Assembly: GCA_964520985.1 (NCBI GenBank)
Contig: CAZFPB010000002.1
Span: 150,115-214,114 of the forward strand
Origin: an uncultured Pseudobdellovibrionaceae bacterium
GTDB lineage: Bacteria > Pseudomonadota > Alphaproteobacteria > Micavibrionales > Micavibrionaceae
Reading direction: 5' to 3'
Length of the DNA: 64,000 bases
Made by a program: the position numbers and the translations under genes. Shown one piece after another: positions 62,501 through 64,000 of this stretch. The notes beneath the pieces were generated by a model. It searched no databases and had not been told where the DNA came from. It saw nothing but the letters and a program-made list of their open reading frames with translations. The stretch's first letter is position 1. The number at the start of each line of letters is the position of its first letter.

Positions 62501-63181
62501 ATGGATCTCAACCGAATCAGAAAATTGGCTGGACTTACCGAATCGTACGATGATGACACAATGACACGTTCTGAACGTGAGCTTGCCGACATGGCAGATC
62601 GTGATCTTAAAAAGAAAGGAATCAATGTTAAGGTTGATCCTGATAAAGACATGGAAAGATTAGCCAAAAAAGTAAAGAAGAAAGAAGAAAAAGAATTGGA
62701 TGACGATGCTGAAGAAGCTAAACCAGAAGAAAAGAAAGACAATGCTGAAGAAGCTAAAGCAAAAAGTGACACTAAACCAGAAGAAAAGAAAGATGATAGT
62801 GGTAAACCAGCTCGTGGTGAACATCGTGCACAAGCTCGTGAATACATGAAAGATCATGCTGGTAAAGGTCGTGCTGCATTTATGGCATTTGCTAAATCAA
62901 TCGGGATGGGTGTTGGCAATGCAACTCATTTCTGGCAACACAATCGCCCAGCGAGCCCTGTTAAAGGCGTATCTGAATGGTTTGTGTTAGTTCATCCATC
63001 ACTACCACACTATCAGCTTGCTGAAAACTGTGAAATGGGAACATATCAATGGGTTGATGCATATAGCAATATTGAACCTTTAGCATTTACTAAGTTAGAA
63101 GAAGCTACCAAATTAGCTGATCACTTACTGCAATGGAAATCTTGTGTTGCTGATATTCAAAAAGTTGTTGATGAAGAGTAA
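62501..63181 (+). CDS. hypothetical protein with Lys/Glu-rich low-complexity segment
   Basis: Start at ATG 62501 (RBS GGAGA). Contains KKKEEKELDDDAEEAKPEEKKD repeats. Confidence 0.45.
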   Translation: MDLNRIRKLAGLTESYDDDTMTRSERELADMADRDLKKKGINVKVDPDKDMERLAKKVKKKEEKELDDDAEEAKPEEKKDNAEEAKAKSDTKPEEKKDDSGKPARGEHRAQAREYMKDHAGKGRAAFMAFAKSIGMGVGNATHFWQHNRPASPVKGVSEWFVLVHPSLPHYQLAENCEMGTYQWVDAYSNIEPLAFTKLEEATKLADHLLQWKSCVADIQKVVDEE

Positions 63182-63220
63182 TACCAAGATTGACAAATAT
63201 GTAAAATGTAATACAATAAA

Positions 63221-63247
63221 GGGAGACGAAAGTCTCCCTTTCTTTTT
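63221..63247 (+). terminator. rho-independent terminator
   Basis: GGGAGAC-GAAA-GTCTCCC followed by TTTCTTTTT. Confidence 0.7.
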
Positions 63248-63263
63248 ATAGGATAATAACAAT

Positions 63264-63830
63264 ATGATTCTTAAATCAACCAAATCATTTCATAAACTAC
63301 CATGTGCTCATGCTCAATTTCAAGATTTCAACGGTCCTTGTAAATCATTCCACGGATACGATCGTTCAGTGACATTTGAATTTTCTGGTGAACCAGATCA
63401 ATATGGATGGATTGTCGGTTTTGGCCATCTTAAACCAGTTCGTGCATTTCTCGAATATTATTTTGATCATACAGCAGTAGCTCCAGCTAACGATCCTCGT
63501 CTTGATTCTATCAAACAAGCTGCAGAATCAGGATTATTTGATTTGCGTGTTCTTCCATATGGTGTGTCAATGGAAATGTCATCCGTATTCATTTGGGAAC
63601 AAGTAAACCCATATATCCATGGTATTTCTGATGGTAGAGCATGGATTTCCAAAGTTGAATGTCGCGAACACGATTCTAACAGTGCGTTTATTGAAGTGCC
63701 ACACCGTACTCTATCAATGTGTGCAAAAGCTGCTCAGGCATGGGATTCAAAACAATATTTGATTCAAAAATCTGAGTGGGATTACGTCCCTGTTCACAAA
63801 CTCGGAATTCAATCTGGCCTCGTCAAATAA
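63264..63830 (+). CDS. 6-pyruvoyl-tetrahydropterin-synthase / QueD-family protein (putative)
   Basis: PCAHAQF, CKSFHGYD (compare CxxLHGHxY), GWIVGFGHLK and FDHTAV (compare LDHxxLN) follow the PTPS/QueD pattern. Confidence 0.5.
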   Translation: MILKSTKSFHKLPCAHAQFQDFNGPCKSFHGYDRSVTFEFSGEPDQYGWIVGFGHLKPVRAFLEYYFDHTAVAPANDPRLDSIKQAAESGLFDLRVLPYGVSMEMSSVFIWEQVNPYIHGISDGRAWISKVECREHDSNSAFIEVPHRTLSMCAKAAQAWDSKQYLIQKSEWDYVPVHKLGIQSGLVK

Positions 63831-63838
63831 TATAAATA
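63831..63838 (+). promoter_or_regulatory. T4-type late promoter TATAAATA
   Basis: Exact TATAAATA about 32 nt upstream of the ATG at 63870. Confidence 0.45.
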
Positions 63839-63869
63839 CTTGATCATAAATCATGGAGAAAATAGTACA

Positions 63870-64000
63870 TGTCGACGTACGAAACACTGGCTGAGGCATT
63901 AATGGCACATCAATTTGGAACACAGTATCCGTTACTGAGACAGGTGCAACTTGGGTTGAAACAAAAATATCAGATCACCACTCGTGTGGATGATATTGCT
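63870..64000 (+). CDS. hypothetical protein, 3' end off-window
   Basis: ORF MSTYETLAEALMAHQFG... runs to the window end; RBS GGAGAAAA. Confidence 0.4.

Noticed and set aside
62476-62857. - strand ORFs 62476-62847 and 62660-62857
   Set aside because: Antisense shadows of the Lys/Glu-repeat region of 62501-63181 (Ser/Phe-rich low complexity).
1-64000. CRISPR arrays, integrase / att sites, prophage boundaries
   Set aside because: No spaced direct-repeat arrays were seen; the only tandem repeats are short (GGAGATC x2) or protein-coding repeats. No tyrosine or serine recombinase motifs. The gene organisation (late promoters, tail fibre, spanins, tRNA island) is that of a lytic phage genome, not an integrated element.

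Overview
This 64 kb window reads as an internal segment of a large virulent T4-like (KVP40-type) phage genome. Genes are almost entirely on the + strand, short and tightly packed, often with ATGA or TAATG overlaps. T4-type late promoters (TATAAATA) sit at 725 and 63831, and sigma70-like promoters and rho-independent terminators bracket several modules. A long-tail-fibre-like gene (56616-57971, -) and an i/o-spanin pair (45747-46495) are present. No integrase, CRISPR array or rRNA was seen. Contents in order: (1) an NAD-salvage / ADP-ribose-processing block at 790-4908, with NAMPT (nadV-like), three tandem SLOG-superfamily Rossmann proteins and a NADAR (YbiA-like) protein; a Nudix gene lies at 59443. 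(2) A CCA-adding tRNA nucleotidyltransferase at 7265-8353. (3) Two tandem BNR/Asp-box repeat paralogs. (4) A tRNA island at 13.5-23.8 kb. Clear members are Lys(TTT), Val(TAC), Thr(TGT) x2, Thr(GGT), Thr(CGT), Ala(TGC) and Ile(GAT). About ten further tRNA-like genes are atypical: long variable arms with Asn/Ile anticodons, a tRNA gene split by a 76-nt three-hairpin insert, and 104-130 nt elements with a perfect terminal acceptor stem and two T-arm-like hairpins. Tiny ORFs, an HNH endonuclease and a PD-(D/E)XK-like nuclease are interleaved. (5) An RNA-repair / translation-rescue island at 26.7-36.3 kb: two HAD hydrolases, a Pol-beta-type nucleotidyltransferase, a GGQ (ArfB/RF-1 domain) protein, a PTH2-type peptidyl-tRNA hydrolase, a flotillin/SPFH membrane protein, an HNH-RNA-ligase fusion and a Ro60/Rsr ortholog (TROVE + vWA). 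A second, Rnl5-like RNA ligase lies at 43161. (6) Fourteen copies of one paralogous protein family in five clusters on both strands. (7) 7-deazaguanine genes: a DpdA/TGT-like, a QueE-like and a QueD-like protein. (8) A dCTP-deaminase-like gene, a DnaQ-like exonuclease, a phosphoribosyltransferase, an amidinotransferase-fold enzyme and a CoaB-like/class-II-aldolase-like fusion. tRNA coordinates and anticodons were assigned by hand-folding and need tRNAscan-SE/ARAGORN/Infernal confirmation. Protein calls rest on motifs I could read directly in the translations.
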